This document shows positions 13,743-22,422 of a stretch of 24,178 bases of DNA, in pieces. The DNA is taken from NCBI GenBank assembly GCA_001773975.1, contig MEYI01000036.1, forward strand, positions 13,750 through 37,927, written 5' to 3'. Below the pieces are notes generated by a model, which was not told where the DNA came from, ran no database searches, and was given only the letters and a program-made list of their open reading frames with translations. The translations under genes and the position numbers were made by a program. Position 1 is the stretch's first letter, and each line of letters starts with the position of its first letter. This DNA comes from Candidatus Azambacteria bacterium RBG_16_47_10 (GTDB taxonomy: Bacteria; Patescibacteriota; Minisyncoccia; GWC2-36-17; WO2-46-25).

Positions 13743-15857
13743 TTATGCGGCAGGGGTTTCTTTTTGCATCGTTGCTTTGCGGGAGAGATTTAAGCGTCCC
13801 TGCGAATCGATTTCTACGAGCTTGACCGGAATGACATCACCGATCTTCACCGCTTCATCAGGATGGTTCAAGTATTTATCGGATAACTGCGATACGTGCA
13901 CCAGTCCTTCGGTTCCGGGGAAAATCTCCACAAAAGCGCCGAAATCCATGATTTTTTTCACTGTTGCTTGGAATACCTCCCCTACTTTCGCCTCACGGGT
14001 GATATTGTTGACCCATTCAACCGCTTTTTTCGCGGATTCCTGGTCTACCGATGTGATGAATACCGAGCCATCATCCTCAATGTCGATAGCCACGCCGGTC
14101 GATTTAATGATCTCATTGATCACCTTACCGCCGGGGCCGATGACATCCCTGATCTTATCGGGATTGATCTGAAGCGTGATGATGCGCGGCGCGTATTGGG
14201 ACATCTCTTTGCGCGGCTCGCTGATAGTGGTAAGCATAACATCCAAGATCTCAAGACGTGCCTTTTTTGCTTGGATAAATGCATCTTTAAGCATCTCGCC
14301 GGTGACGCCATCAACCTTTACATCCATTTGCAGGCCGGTAACGCCCTGTGCGGTTCCCGCGATCTTTAAGTCCATGTCGCCATGGTGATCTTCCGGCCCC
14401 TGAATATCGGTGAGCACCTTGTAATTTCCTTTCGCGTCTGACATAAGCCCCATCGCGATGCCCGCGGCGATGCCTTTGATCGGCACCCCGCCGTCCATAA
14501 GCGCGAGTGATGAACCGCACACGGATGCCATCGATGATGAGCCGTTTGACGACAATGTCTCGGATACGAGCCGTATCGTGTACGGGAAGTCTTTTTGTTC
14601 CGGGATCAAACGGGCAAGTGATCGTTCTGCGAGCGCGCCGTGGCCGATATCGCGTCGTGATGGACCGCGCATCGGGCCGGTCTCCCCTACGGAATATGAC
14701 GGGAAGTTGTAATGATGCATGAATCGTTTCATGCCATCTTTCGTTTCCATCGTGTCGATGATCTGCTGGTCGCTCGGCGAGCCAAGCGTCAGCACGGACA
14801 ATACCTGCGTTTCTCCGCGCATGAATATGCCGGAGCCGTGCGTGCGGGGTAAAAATCCGACGATGCTCGACAATGCGCGTAACTCATCCAGTTTTCTGCC
14901 GTCCGGTCGTTTCTCGTGATTGATAATATTGTCATGAACGATCACATCGACTTGTTCGTCGAATATCTTCATTCCCGCCTTTATTTTTCCGGCATCATCA
15001 GGATGTTCTGTAGCGATATATTCTTTCAATACGCTTTGTACGGCGGCGATATCATGCGCTCGCTGTTGTTTATTTTCCTGATAGAGCGCGGCATTGAGTT
15101 TATCATGAAGAAATGCGACGACCGCGTCGTGAAACGACGGATCGATCTCCGCGACCGGCGCGGCAACCTTGGCAACACCGATCTCTTGTACGATAGAAGT
15201 TTGGAATGCCACCAATTTTTCAATATATGACTGCGCAAGCGCGAGTGCTTCCATGAGCGCGTCCTCCGATATCTGATCGGCATCGCCTTCAAGCATGTTT
15301 ATTTTTCCATCTACGCCCGCAACGACGATATCGCAATCTGCTTTTGCGCGCTCTTCGTAGGTCGGATTCAGTTCGAAAACACCGTTCACGCGCGCAACGC
15401 GTACTGCGCCGAGTGGCCCGCTCCATGGAATATTTGACGTTGCGAGCGCTGTTGATGCGGCGATCATCGCGATAACATCCGCGTCATTTTCTTGATCAAA
15501 AGAAAGCACGGTCGCCACCACTTGCACCTCATTGCGGATGCCATGATTAAAGAGCGGACGGAGACAGCGATCAATAAGTCGCGCGGTGAGTATCGCTTCC
15601 TGCGATGCTTTTGCTTCTCGCTTAATAAAGCGCGATCCGGGGAGTCTGCCCGCCGCGTAAAATCGTTCTTCGTATTCTACGGAAAGAGGGAAATAATCAA
15701 TGCCTTCACGCGGATTTTTGCCCATGACCGCTGTTGCGAGCACGACCGTATCGCCGCATGAAACCAATACTGAACCATTCGCTTGTCCTGCAAGCGCAGT
15801 TTTTCTCACGACAACTGTTTTGTTGCCAAGAGACAAGGAAAACTCTTTTGTTTCCAT
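13743..15857 (-). CDS. pnp: Polyribonucleotide nucleotidyltransferase (PNPase)
   Basis: Two RNase PH domains (ARLIDRCLRPLF; RTHGSGIFMRGETQ; HHYNFP; SSNGSSSMASVCG; GDMDLKIAG), KH (IRDVIGPGGKVI) and S1 (DFGAFVEIFPGTEGLVHVSQL). Confidence 0.98.
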   Translation of the reverse strand: METKEFSLSLGNKTVVVRKTALAGQANGSVLVSCGDTVVLATAVMGKNPREGIDYFPLSVEYEERFYAAGRLPGSRFIKREAKASQEAILTARLIDRCLRPLFNHGIRNEVQVVATVLSFDQENDADVIAMIAASTALATSNIPWSGPLGAVRVARVNGVFELNPTYEERAKADCDIVVAGVDGKINMLEGDADQISEDALMEALALAQSYIEKLVAFQTSIVQEIGVAKVAAPVAEIDPSFHDAVVAFLHDKLNAALYQENKQQRAHDIAAVQSVLKEYIATEHPDDAGKIKAGMKIFDEQVDVIVHDNIINHEKRPDGRKLDELRALSSIVGFLPRTHGSGIFMRGETQVLSVLTLGSPSDQQIIDTMETKDGMKRFMHHYNFPSYSVGETGPMRGPSRRDIGHGALAERSLARLIPEQKDFPYTIRLVSETLSSNGSSSMASVCGSSLALMDGGVPIKGIAAGIAMGLMSDAKGNYKVLTDIQGPEDHHGDMDLKIAGTAQGVTGLQMDVKVDGVTGEMLKDAFIQAKKARLEILDVMLTTISEPRKEMSQYAPRIITLQINPDKIRDVIGPGGKVINEIIKSTGVAIDIEDDGSVFITSVDQESAKKAVEWVNNITREAKVGEVFQATVKKIMDFGAFVEIFPGTEGLVHVSQLSDKYLNHPDEAVKIGDVIPVKLVEIDSQGRLNLSRKATMQKETPAA

Positions 15858-15970
15858 TTATTTTTGAGAAGGATGAGCGAAGCTCGAAATCCAAAACCGT
15901 AACGAAAAAAACAGTGTTCGCGCTATGGTTTTGTATTTTGAGTGCCCGCCGCTTCCCCGCTATTTAATAA

Positions 15971-16489
15971 TTATTTTCTATTACTTGTACGAATAAGATA
16001 TTTCTGCGGGTCGGCGCACAGATCGATGAAATCATCCGCCGCTTCCTGCAGTTTGCCCGATGCGCTTTTGCCGAATGCAACCACCTCCACCTGCTTTCCC
16101 ATGCTTTGCAATTGCTCAACGAGCGGAAGAAAATCCCCGTCTCCGGAACACAACACGATAGCATCCATGCCGGGCGCGAGGCGCAACGCGTCTACGGCGA
16201 TGCCGACATCCCAATCCCCTTTCTTTGCGCCGCCGTAAAACGTCTGGAGTTCTTTTTCTTTTGTTTCGATGCCGAGTTTTGTGAGTGCTTCAAAGAATGT
16301 TTTTTCTTCGCCCGTTTCAGTGCTGATGACGTACGCGATCGCCCGCACCAGCTGGCGCTGTGCGAGCGCGTTTTTTACCACCTCCTTGAAATTCACTCGG
16401 GCATGATAGAGATTCTTTGCCGAGTAATAAAGGTTTTGAACATCAATGAAGATGCTGACTCGCTGTTGTTTGTGTTTGATGACAGGCAT
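15971..16489 (-). CDS. NYN domain (LabA/DUF88, PIN-like) nuclease
   Basis: IFIDVQNLYY, KKGDWDVGIAVD, LCSGDGDFLPLV, KLQEAADDFIDL. Confidence 0.92.
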   Translation of the reverse strand: MPVIKHKQQRVSIFIDVQNLYYSAKNLYHARVNFKEVVKNALAQRQLVRAIAYVISTETGEEKTFFEALTKLGIETKEKELQTFYGGAKKGDWDVGIAVDALRLAPGMDAIVLCSGDGDFLPLVEQLQSMGKQVEVVAFGKSASGKLQEAADDFIDLCADPQKYLIRTSNRK

Positions 16490-16496
16490 TCCCTGT

Positions 16497-16763
16497 TTAT
16501 TTTCTGAGACCGAGTTTTTTTATGATCGCGTTGTAGCGCTTCGTATCGGTGTGATTGAGGTAGTCCAAAAGCGCTTTTCGTTTCGAAACCATTTTCAAGA
16601 GCCCTCGTCGTGAATGATTATCTTTCTGGTGCGTCTTGAGGTGGCTGGTCAATTGGGAAATTTCTTCCGTAAGCAAACTGACCTGGACCTCAGGGGATCC
16701 GGTATCGGTTTCGTGCGTCTGCACATCCTTGATGATCTTTACTTTTTCTTTAGTAGATATCAT
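16497..16763 (-). CDS. rpsO: 30S ribosomal protein S15
   Basis: [47 protein letters not shown]. Confidence 0.98.
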   Translation of the reverse strand: MISTKEKVKIIKDVQTHETDTGSPEVQVSLLTEEISQLTSHLKTHQKDNHSRRGLLKMVSKRKALLDYLNHTDTKRYNAIIKKLGLRK

Positions 16764-16790
16764 ATATATAGCGATATAACAACGAGAGCT

Positions 16791-16819
16791 ACTATATCAT
16801 ATCCCCTTTCAAATTGCAA
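16791..16819 (-). promoter_or_regulatory. sigma70 promoter of the rpsO-NYN-pnp operon
   Basis: TTGCAA-17 nt-TATAGT with TG extension. Confidence 0.7.
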
Positions 16820-16900
16820 GTATTTGGCGCGGAGACGGGTTTCTTGACATAAAAGGAGTTTTTATTGCCCCCCTCATTTTTTGTCTATGATTAAAGGGGG

Positions 16901-16906
16901 TATAAT
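16901..16906 (+). promoter_or_regulatory. -10 box giving a probably leaderless recombinase mRNA
   Basis: TATAAT followed 6 nt later by ATG 16913. Confidence 0.5.
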
Positions 16907-16912
16907 GATGCC

Positions 16913-17833
16913 ATGAAGAAATTCATTGATGATTTTTTGGAATATTGCGAGATCGAAAAGAACCGTTCGCCAAAAACGTTGGAAAATTACCGCCGGTATC
17001 TGGTTCATTTTGCCGATTTTGCGCATATCACGCATCCATCGGAGATCACGGCGGAGATGGTGCGGCAGTATCGTCTCGCGCTCCATCGTTTTACTGACGC
17101 GCGCGGCGCGCGTCTGAAAATGAATACGCAGATGTATTATCTGATCGCATTGCGCTCATTTTTGAAGTTTTTGCATAAGCGCGACATACAAACGCTCGCG
17201 CCGGAAAAAATAGAGCTCGGCAAGGTGCGCGAGCGGGAGATCGATTTTCTTGATCCTGATGAAATGAACCGGTTGCTTGGCGCGCCCGATGGCGGTGATA
17301 TTTCCGCAGTACGCGACAGAGCGATGCTGGAAACATTGTTTTCCACGGGGCTGCGCGTGTCGGAGCTGTGCGCGCTTAATCGCTCCAGCATCAATCTGAA
17401 AACGGGCGAATTCGGCATTATCGGGAAGGGCGGGAAATTACGTATCGTATTTCTTTCCGATCGCGCAAAAGATGTACTTGAGAGATATGTGAAAGAGCGA
17501 ACGGATATTGATGATGCGTTGTTCGTGTCACATGGAAACGGTGCAGAGCGCAACACGTCCGTGACACGGCTGACACCGCGCTCGGTCCAGCGCATGATAA
17601 AAAAACATGCCGCAAAAGCGGGCATCATAAAAAAAGTGACACCGCATCAGCTGAGGCATTTCTTTGCGACCGATCTCTTGCAGGGCGGAGCGGATATTCG
17701 TTCGGTGCAGGCGATGCTCGGACATGCAAGTATTACGACGACACAGATCTATACGCACTATACCGACAGCCGTCTCAAAGAGATACACAAAAAATTTCAC
17801 GACACGAAGCGAGCCGGCGAGCGCAACAATTAA
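16913..17833 (+). CDS. xerC: XerC/XerD-like tyrosine recombinase
   Basis: SAM-like N-terminal domain (NRSPKTLENY), STGLRVSEL, GKGGKLRIV, TPHQLRHFFAT, MLGHASITTTQIYTH; catalytic R-K-H-R-H-Y present. XerC versus XerD cannot be resolved by eye. Confidence 0.88.
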   Translation: MKKFIDDFLEYCEIEKNRSPKTLENYRRYLVHFADFAHITHPSEITAEMVRQYRLALHRFTDARGARLKMNTQMYYLIALRSFLKFLHKRDIQTLAPEKIELGKVREREIDFLDPDEMNRLLGAPDGGDISAVRDRAMLETLFSTGLRVSELCALNRSSINLKTGEFGIIGKGGKLRIVFLSDRAKDVLERYVKERTDIDDALFVSHGNGAERNTSVTRLTPRSVQRMIKKHAAKAGIIKKVTPHQLRHFFATDLLQGGADIRSVQAMLGHASITTTQIYTHYTDSRLKEIHKKFHDTKRAGERNN

Positions 17834-18441
17834 GCGTATAAAAGAAGAGAACCGAGGTTGAGATACGGGGCAATAGTGCCAGCGTACAGAAGCGTTATTG
17901 GAATTGCATATAACAGCGCATCGGTAAGCACGATGCGCGTGTCGGCACCATGGCGAAGCGACGCGATGCCGGAAAGAAAGACCGTCAGGATAACCGCGGT
18001 TCCAAGATATACGATAAAGTATGGCCATCCGGTGGCAAGTGCCGCAAATACAAAGATATATTTATCTTCTTCCGCAAATAGCTCTCCCGCAAACGATTTA
18101 TTTGTCCATAGAGCGGCATAATACATGCCTACGCCGGCAATCACCGACACGGCGAAAGGAAACGCATAGTGCAAAAACATAAGGCGTATAAACCAGTCCC
18201 ATGATTGGTTTGGTGGCAGAAGAAGGCTTCCCATCGGATCAGCGCGAAGTAGAAAATATCCCGCTATGATCTTAAGCGCGAGCATCCCTGCAAGAAACAG
18301 AGCAAACCAAAGAACGATCTTTTTAAGCGCCTGCGCGGTAAGCGCTCCGCGTATGTGCTTTCCATACATGAACGCGAGAACTCCCACGCTTATGATAAGC
18401 TCTCCATAGGGGATGATAGTGGTAAGAATTGTCGATATCAT
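17830..18441 (-). CDS. Polytopic membrane protein with weak A24 prepilin-peptidase-like C-terminal motif
   Basis: 203 aa, about 5-6 hydrophobic segments; LFAEEDKYIF..ALATGWP resembles the A24 GxGD..L....G...GW motif. The CDS is confident; the family assignment is weak. Confidence 0.7.
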   Translation of the reverse strand: MISTILTTIIPYGELIISVGVLAFMYGKHIRGALTAQALKKIVLWFALFLAGMLALKIIAGYFLLRADPMGSLLLPPNQSWDWFIRLMFLHYAFPFAVSVIAGVGMYYAALWTNKSFAGELFAEEDKYIFVFAALATGWPYFIVYLGTAVILTVFLSGIASLRHGADTRIVLTDALLYAIPITLLYAGTIAPYLNLGSLLLYA

Positions 18442-18447
18442 ATCGAA

Positions 18448-18456
18448 AGTATATCA
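18448..18456 (-). promoter_or_regulatory. Extended -10 (TGATATACT), probably leaderless
   Basis: 6 nt between TATACT and ATG 18441. Confidence 0.6.
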
Positions 18457-18466
18457 GAAAATAATA

Positions 18467-18721
18467 TTATATGCGATCAAGATCTCTTTCTTTCAGTGCG
18501 TGCGTAATGATCCGCGATGCTTTGCCGGCAAATGATGCATACGTATTTTCGAGTTCGGCGTTCACAATGGCGGGGTCTCCGGTCACATGAAGCACATCGC
18601 CATTTTCCGCTACGGTAAGACCGGGTATTGTGCGTGCGCGCGAAAGTGCGGCAGTGGCACCCAGGAGCGCCATGTGTTTTTGTACGAGCAATGTGATGAA
18701 ACGAGTATTTGCGGGGATCAT
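18467..18721 (-). CDS. Small conserved-looking protein translationally coupled to the receiver gene
   Basis: 84 aa; TAATG stop/start overlap at 18719-18723; LLGATAALSRARTIPGLTVAENGDV..VTGDP resembles small CPR proteins I associate with signalling loci. Confidence 0.65.
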   Translation of the reverse strand: MIPANTRFITLLVQKHMALLGATAALSRARTIPGLTVAENGDVLHVTGDPAIVNAELENTYASFAGKASRIITHALKERDLDRI

Positions 18722-19140
18722 TATTGTTTTTTATCAAGCGCTTGTGCTATTTTTTGCGCGATGTCATGAAGTGACATTTTTGTTTTTTCAAAAAATGCAT
18801 GCGCTCCCAGCTCCAGTGCGCGGCCTTTATGTTCTGCGCCACTGAGGTTTGTAAACACAAAGACCGTTGCGCGTGCGCAGTGCGGCTCGCGCCGCACTTC
18901 TTCGAGGACGGTAAACCCGTTTTGTTTCGGGAGAAGAATATCAACAACAATGACATCCCATGGTTGTTGATGTATTTGCTGGATCGCCTCTTCCCCATCT
19001 TTTGCCGCCGCCGCCCTAATATCCATGCTGGCGAGTTTTAGCATGAGCGCATCACGCGTTGGTTCGTCGTCTTCGACAATGAGAACGCGTGCGCTGGATG
19101 TTTTTATGGAAGGTGATCGTTTTTGCGGCATATTACGCAA
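18721..19140 (-). CDS. Stand-alone response regulator receiver (REC) protein
   Basis: VLIVEDD, phosphoacceptor VVDILLP, VFTNLS, GAHAFFEK; no output domain. Confidence 0.93.
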   Translation of the reverse strand: MRNMPQKRSPSIKTSSARVLIVEDDEPTRDALMLKLASMDIRAAAAKDGEEAIQQIHQQPWDVIVVDILLPKQNGFTVLEEVRREPHCARATVFVFTNLSGAEHKGRALELGAHAFFEKTKMSLHDIAQKIAQALDKKQ

Positions 19141-20494
19141 GTGGCTTTCCTCTTCTTTTTTCTTGAATTCCTTGATACGGGATAGTGAAATAAAATGTAG
19201 ACCCCTCTCCCTCTTTTGAAGTAAACCACAGTTTTCCGTTCCAAAGGGAAACGAGTGAATTGGCGAGCGAGAGTCCGAGCCCTGTTCCTTCAGGAACTTT
19301 TTTCACGGCGTTGTCGGCGCGGAAAAATTTTTCAAACACCCGCGCGTGTGCCGAAGCGGGAATACCGATGCCGGTATCTGTCACTGATACGGTTGCTTCT
19401 TTCTCTCCGGCGGCAAGTGAAATGGTTGCCGTTCCTTTTTCCCGTGAGTACCGGATCGCATTGCCGACGATATTTGTCATAACTTCGCGAAGCATTGCGG
19501 GATCAATAGAAATGGAGGGAATGGATGGCACGGGTTCATTGAGGATAAGCGCCACCTTGTCTTTTTTCGCGATCGGAGCGAGTTCCTCAATGATGGTTTT
19601 TGTAAAATCGTCGATGGTAATAGGCTGGGGATTTATCTCAAGCGCTCCTCCTTCGACACGTGCAATTGATAAAAGCAGATTAATGGTGTCGCCGAGACGA
19701 CTTGCTCCTCCGGCGATCTGCTGTACGAATTTTGTCTGGGCTTCGTTGAGCGTACCCATCCCCTTTTCCATAAGTAATTCCGTGTACCATCGTACCGCGG
19801 TAAGCGGGGTGCGCAGCTGGTGCGATGCGAGCGACATGAAATTCCTCCGCGCTTCATCAAGCACTTTTTCTTCCGTGGCGTCGCGGAAAACAATGATCAC
19901 GCTTTTTACCCCCTTTTCTTGCACAAGCGGAGAAATGGTGAATGAGACGGGAAATTTTTCCCGCCCGGAAGTTTGGTAATAGAAATTGTCGGTAACTGAT
20001 GCGGTGGTTGTCTTTCCCAACGCGAACGCACGTGTTGCAGGACGGTTTTTGTCAGCAATGAGCTCATCTCCCTGCCATACCATGACGACAGTCCGCATAT
20101 CTTTTCCTTTCGCGTCTTCAGCGCGAAGCCCAAGCAGTGCCGCCGCTTTTGCATTGATCAGCGTGATACGGAATATTTCATCGATAAGCAAAAGGCCTTC
20201 GCCCATTGATGCGATAATAAGGTCAAGGTGACTTCGCTGTTTTTCAAGTTCTTCTTCAAGAGCGCGCGCATCCTCAAGGATATTGAGCATTGCAATCTCA
20301 TTTTCATGCAGCTCCGATTCTTTCGTGTGCCATTGCAGTTCACGCTCGCGCATTTTCTGCTCTAGCAAGCGGTTCTTTACATAGTTGGTCGCTTTAAGAA
20401 GAGTGAGTTTTTCTTCATACGAAAGCACCAACCGTTGTTTTTCGATATCGGTGACCGGTGTTTCCATGGCATGTGGATTTAGATGATCTTGCAT
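19133..20494 (-). CDS. Soluble PAS-domain sensor histidine kinase (start 20494 or 20467)
   Basis: No TM segment; coiled coil with AMLNILED; PAS (IIASMGEGLLLID..INAKAAALLG); H-box ASHQLRTPL; NIVGNAIRYS, DTGIGIP, FFRA, GTGLGL. Confidence 0.95.
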   Translation of the reverse strand: MQDHLNPHAMETPVTDIEKQRLVLSYEEKLTLLKATNYVKNRLLEQKMRERELQWHTKESELHENEIAMLNILEDARALEEELEKQRSHLDLIIASMGEGLLLIDEIFRITLINAKAAALLGLRAEDAKGKDMRTVVMVWQGDELIADKNRPATRAFALGKTTTASVTDNFYYQTSGREKFPVSFTISPLVQEKGVKSVIIVFRDATEEKVLDEARRNFMSLASHQLRTPLTAVRWYTELLMEKGMGTLNEAQTKFVQQIAGGASRLGDTINLLLSIARVEGGALEINPQPITIDDFTKTIIEELAPIAKKDKVALILNEPVPSIPSISIDPAMLREVMTNIVGNAIRYSREKGTATISLAAGEKEATVSVTDTGIGIPASAHARVFEKFFRADNAVKKVPEGTGLGLSLANSLVSLWNGKLWFTSKEGEGSTFYFTIPYQGIQEKRRGKPLA

Positions 20495-20976
20495 TCAATG
20501 AGACACACTTCGTCCCCAAGTCCCCCAATGCATTTTATTTCATCCCCGATTATTTTTTTACCCGGATACAGGTTTTCCAAGGCGCCGGCAACGATACCTG
20601 CCTCGAGTTGGCAAATAGGTTTGCCCAATGGAGGCGTGATGCCGTCGCATGTCATGCATTCGGCGATCGCAAGATGCGCGACATTCGGCGAGGTTACGGA
20701 AAAATTCAGCTTGCCGATCTTGAGCGCAGTGAGTTGACGATGGATATCTTCATGGGTTTTTATCGGAAGCATATTGCCGATATTTTTTCCTAAGAAATAC
20801 GAGATGGTCGGCGTTTCATCACCCAAGATCTTATAGAGACTTACCACACGCAACAAGCGCCACAGCACCACGGGGACATCCGGCCCCACGGTAGGACGCC
20901 GAGGGAGAAGACTGCTGATATCAAGATCTGCCGGATTGCGAGCGAATTCTTTGAAATTATTATTTTCTGGAGGCAT
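20479..20976 (-). CDS. Stand-alone V4R (4-vinyl reductase) domain protein, 4-Cys type
   Basis: ECMTCDG..GKPICQLEAGIVAGAL..DEIKCIGGLGDEVCLIEC matches the V4R pattern C..EAG..AG....E..C...G...C; N-terminal RPTVGPDVPVVLWRL. Confidence 0.85.
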   Translation of the reverse strand: MPPENNNFKEFARNPADLDISSLLPRRPTVGPDVPVVLWRLLRVVSLYKILGDETPTISYFLGKNIGNMLPIKTHEDIHRQLTALKIGKLNFSVTSPNVAHLAIAECMTCDGITPPLGKPICQLEAGIVAGALENLYPGKKIIGDEIKCIGGLGDEVCLIECKII

Positions 20977-20985
20977 AAGAAATGG

Positions 20986-22416
20986 TTAGTGTTTCTGATC
21001 GAGCTTCCCGATCTCTTTTTTTAATTCCACCATTTTCAATTCCCGTCCGACGGTCAGTCGTTTGAATTTCTCCAGCTCTTCTATTTTTTTCTGCAATTCG
21101 ACCGTGCGTTCGGTGGCTGCTTTCTCAAGCGTTTCTTTTATCTTTTCAAGTTCCGCGGTGCGCTCTTTTACCCGCTTTTCAAGTGTTATGTTTACACCTT
21201 TTAATTCCATCTGCGCTTTTTTCAATTCCGTTTCCGATTTTTCAATGCTACTGATCATTGCGTTGAATGTTTCAGCGATCTTCCCGATCTCATCATGTGA
21301 CGAAATAGTCGCGCGAGCGGTGAGGTCGTGCTCTGTGATCTTTTTTGCCGCCTCGCCGATGCTTTCAAAATTTCGTAAAAGCATAGAATTTAGAAGAAGT
21401 GTTCCGAGCGCGCCCACGATGATCGCAATAATGCTGCTGATAAAAAAGCGGAATTCAAACTGTTTAAGCGGCATCATGATCTCATCTCGTTCCGCTTCCA
21501 CGATCAAAATGGCATTATCGCGGTGGAGGCACATGGAAGCGCCGATCACCGGGATGTTTCGATAATTGAGATATGTTCCGGAGATCTCCCTGTTTTCATC
21601 AAAACACTTTTTGATCGGATCGGTATCGATGTGCAGCTTTAAAATCGCATCAGAAACAAAGCGTGATGGCGTAATACGAAGACGATCTTTATTTACCACA
21701 TACACCTCCGCGGTTTTATAATGTTCAAATAGCGCTCGGCCCGAGGGAGCTCCCTCACCCAGTTGCAGTGAGCCGTTAAGGAGATTGCCAAGGTCGTTCG
21801 TGTTTGTGAAGTGCAAAAGCATGACAGCATCCAACGGCGTTGTCTTTTTTGTTTTCTCATCCTGAATAAAAAGCCGGGATACCACATGGATCATAGGATC
21901 CATACCCTCGTCCTCTTCAAATACAAGATTAGTAAGAAATGCCGTGGGAGAAAGAGATGTGATCGCCTCGCTGAATCGATGCGCTTGAAATTCCTCTTCC
22001 TCCTCCTTTTCATTGAGCCCCAATCTGTTTTCTTGGGACGATGCGACGATGATGCCGTTGCGATCGAGGATATCAATAATGCTTATCGTCGGATCGTACG
22101 GTAATTTTTTATGAACAAAATAATCGGTGAGCTGGTTGCGCAGCGCAGTGCGTTCTTCTCCTTCGGGAAGCGCGATGAGCCGAGCTGTTGTTGTGCGAAT
22201 ATATCCGTCTGAGCTCCAGTCAACGGTGCGCGTTTGCATTGAATTAAAAAACGAGTAGTATGCTCCTTCGCTTGTTTCCGCGATGTCGCGGAAATTGTCG
22301 GCCGCCTGTTTTTCAAAATACGCGCCAAAATAACTATGGAAATAAAACAAAACGCTTCCCATCAGCGCAATGATGATGCCGATAAAAAGAAACGAAAACT
22401 TTGTTTTGAATTTCAT
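20986..22416 (-). CDS. Membrane sensor (extracytoplasmic Cache-like domain + HAMP + S-helix) lacking a catalytic output domain
   Basis: TM1 at the N-terminus, about 290-aa extracytoplasmic region, TM2, HAMP (DLTARATISSHDEIGKIAETFNAMI), VKERTAEL/TERTVEL, ending ELEKFKRLTVGRELKMVELKKEIGKL. Confidence 0.9.
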   Translation of the reverse strand: MKFKTKFSFLFIGIIIALMGSVLFYFHSYFGAYFEKQAADNFRDIAETSEGAYYSFFNSMQTRTVDWSSDGYIRTTTARLIALPEGEERTALRNQLTDYFVHKKLPYDPTISIIDILDRNGIIVASSQENRLGLNEKEEEEEFQAHRFSEAITSLSPTAFLTNLVFEEDEGMDPMIHVVSRLFIQDEKTKKTTPLDAVMLLHFTNTNDLGNLLNGSLQLGEGAPSGRALFEHYKTAEVYVVNKDRLRITPSRFVSDAILKLHIDTDPIKKCFDENREISGTYLNYRNIPVIGASMCLHRDNAILIVEAERDEIMMPLKQFEFRFFISSIIAIIVGALGTLLLNSMLLRNFESIGEAAKKITEHDLTARATISSHDEIGKIAETFNAMISSIEKSETELKKAQMELKGVNITLEKRVKERTAELEKIKETLEKAATERTVELQKKIEELEKFKRLTVGRELKMVELKKEIGKLDQKH

Positions 22417-22422
22417 ACGCTA

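Noticed and set aside
16913-17833. Recombinase as a prophage or island integrase
   Set aside because: No att repeats, tRNA, excisionase or phage genes were seen; size and motifs fit a chromosomal XerC/D next to rpsO.
18456-18475. ATAATATTAT palindrome as a dif site for the nearby Xer recombinase
   Set aside because: It lacks the 11-6-11 arm structure and the XerD arm (TTATGTTAAAT-like), and it coincides with a stop codon and promoter region.
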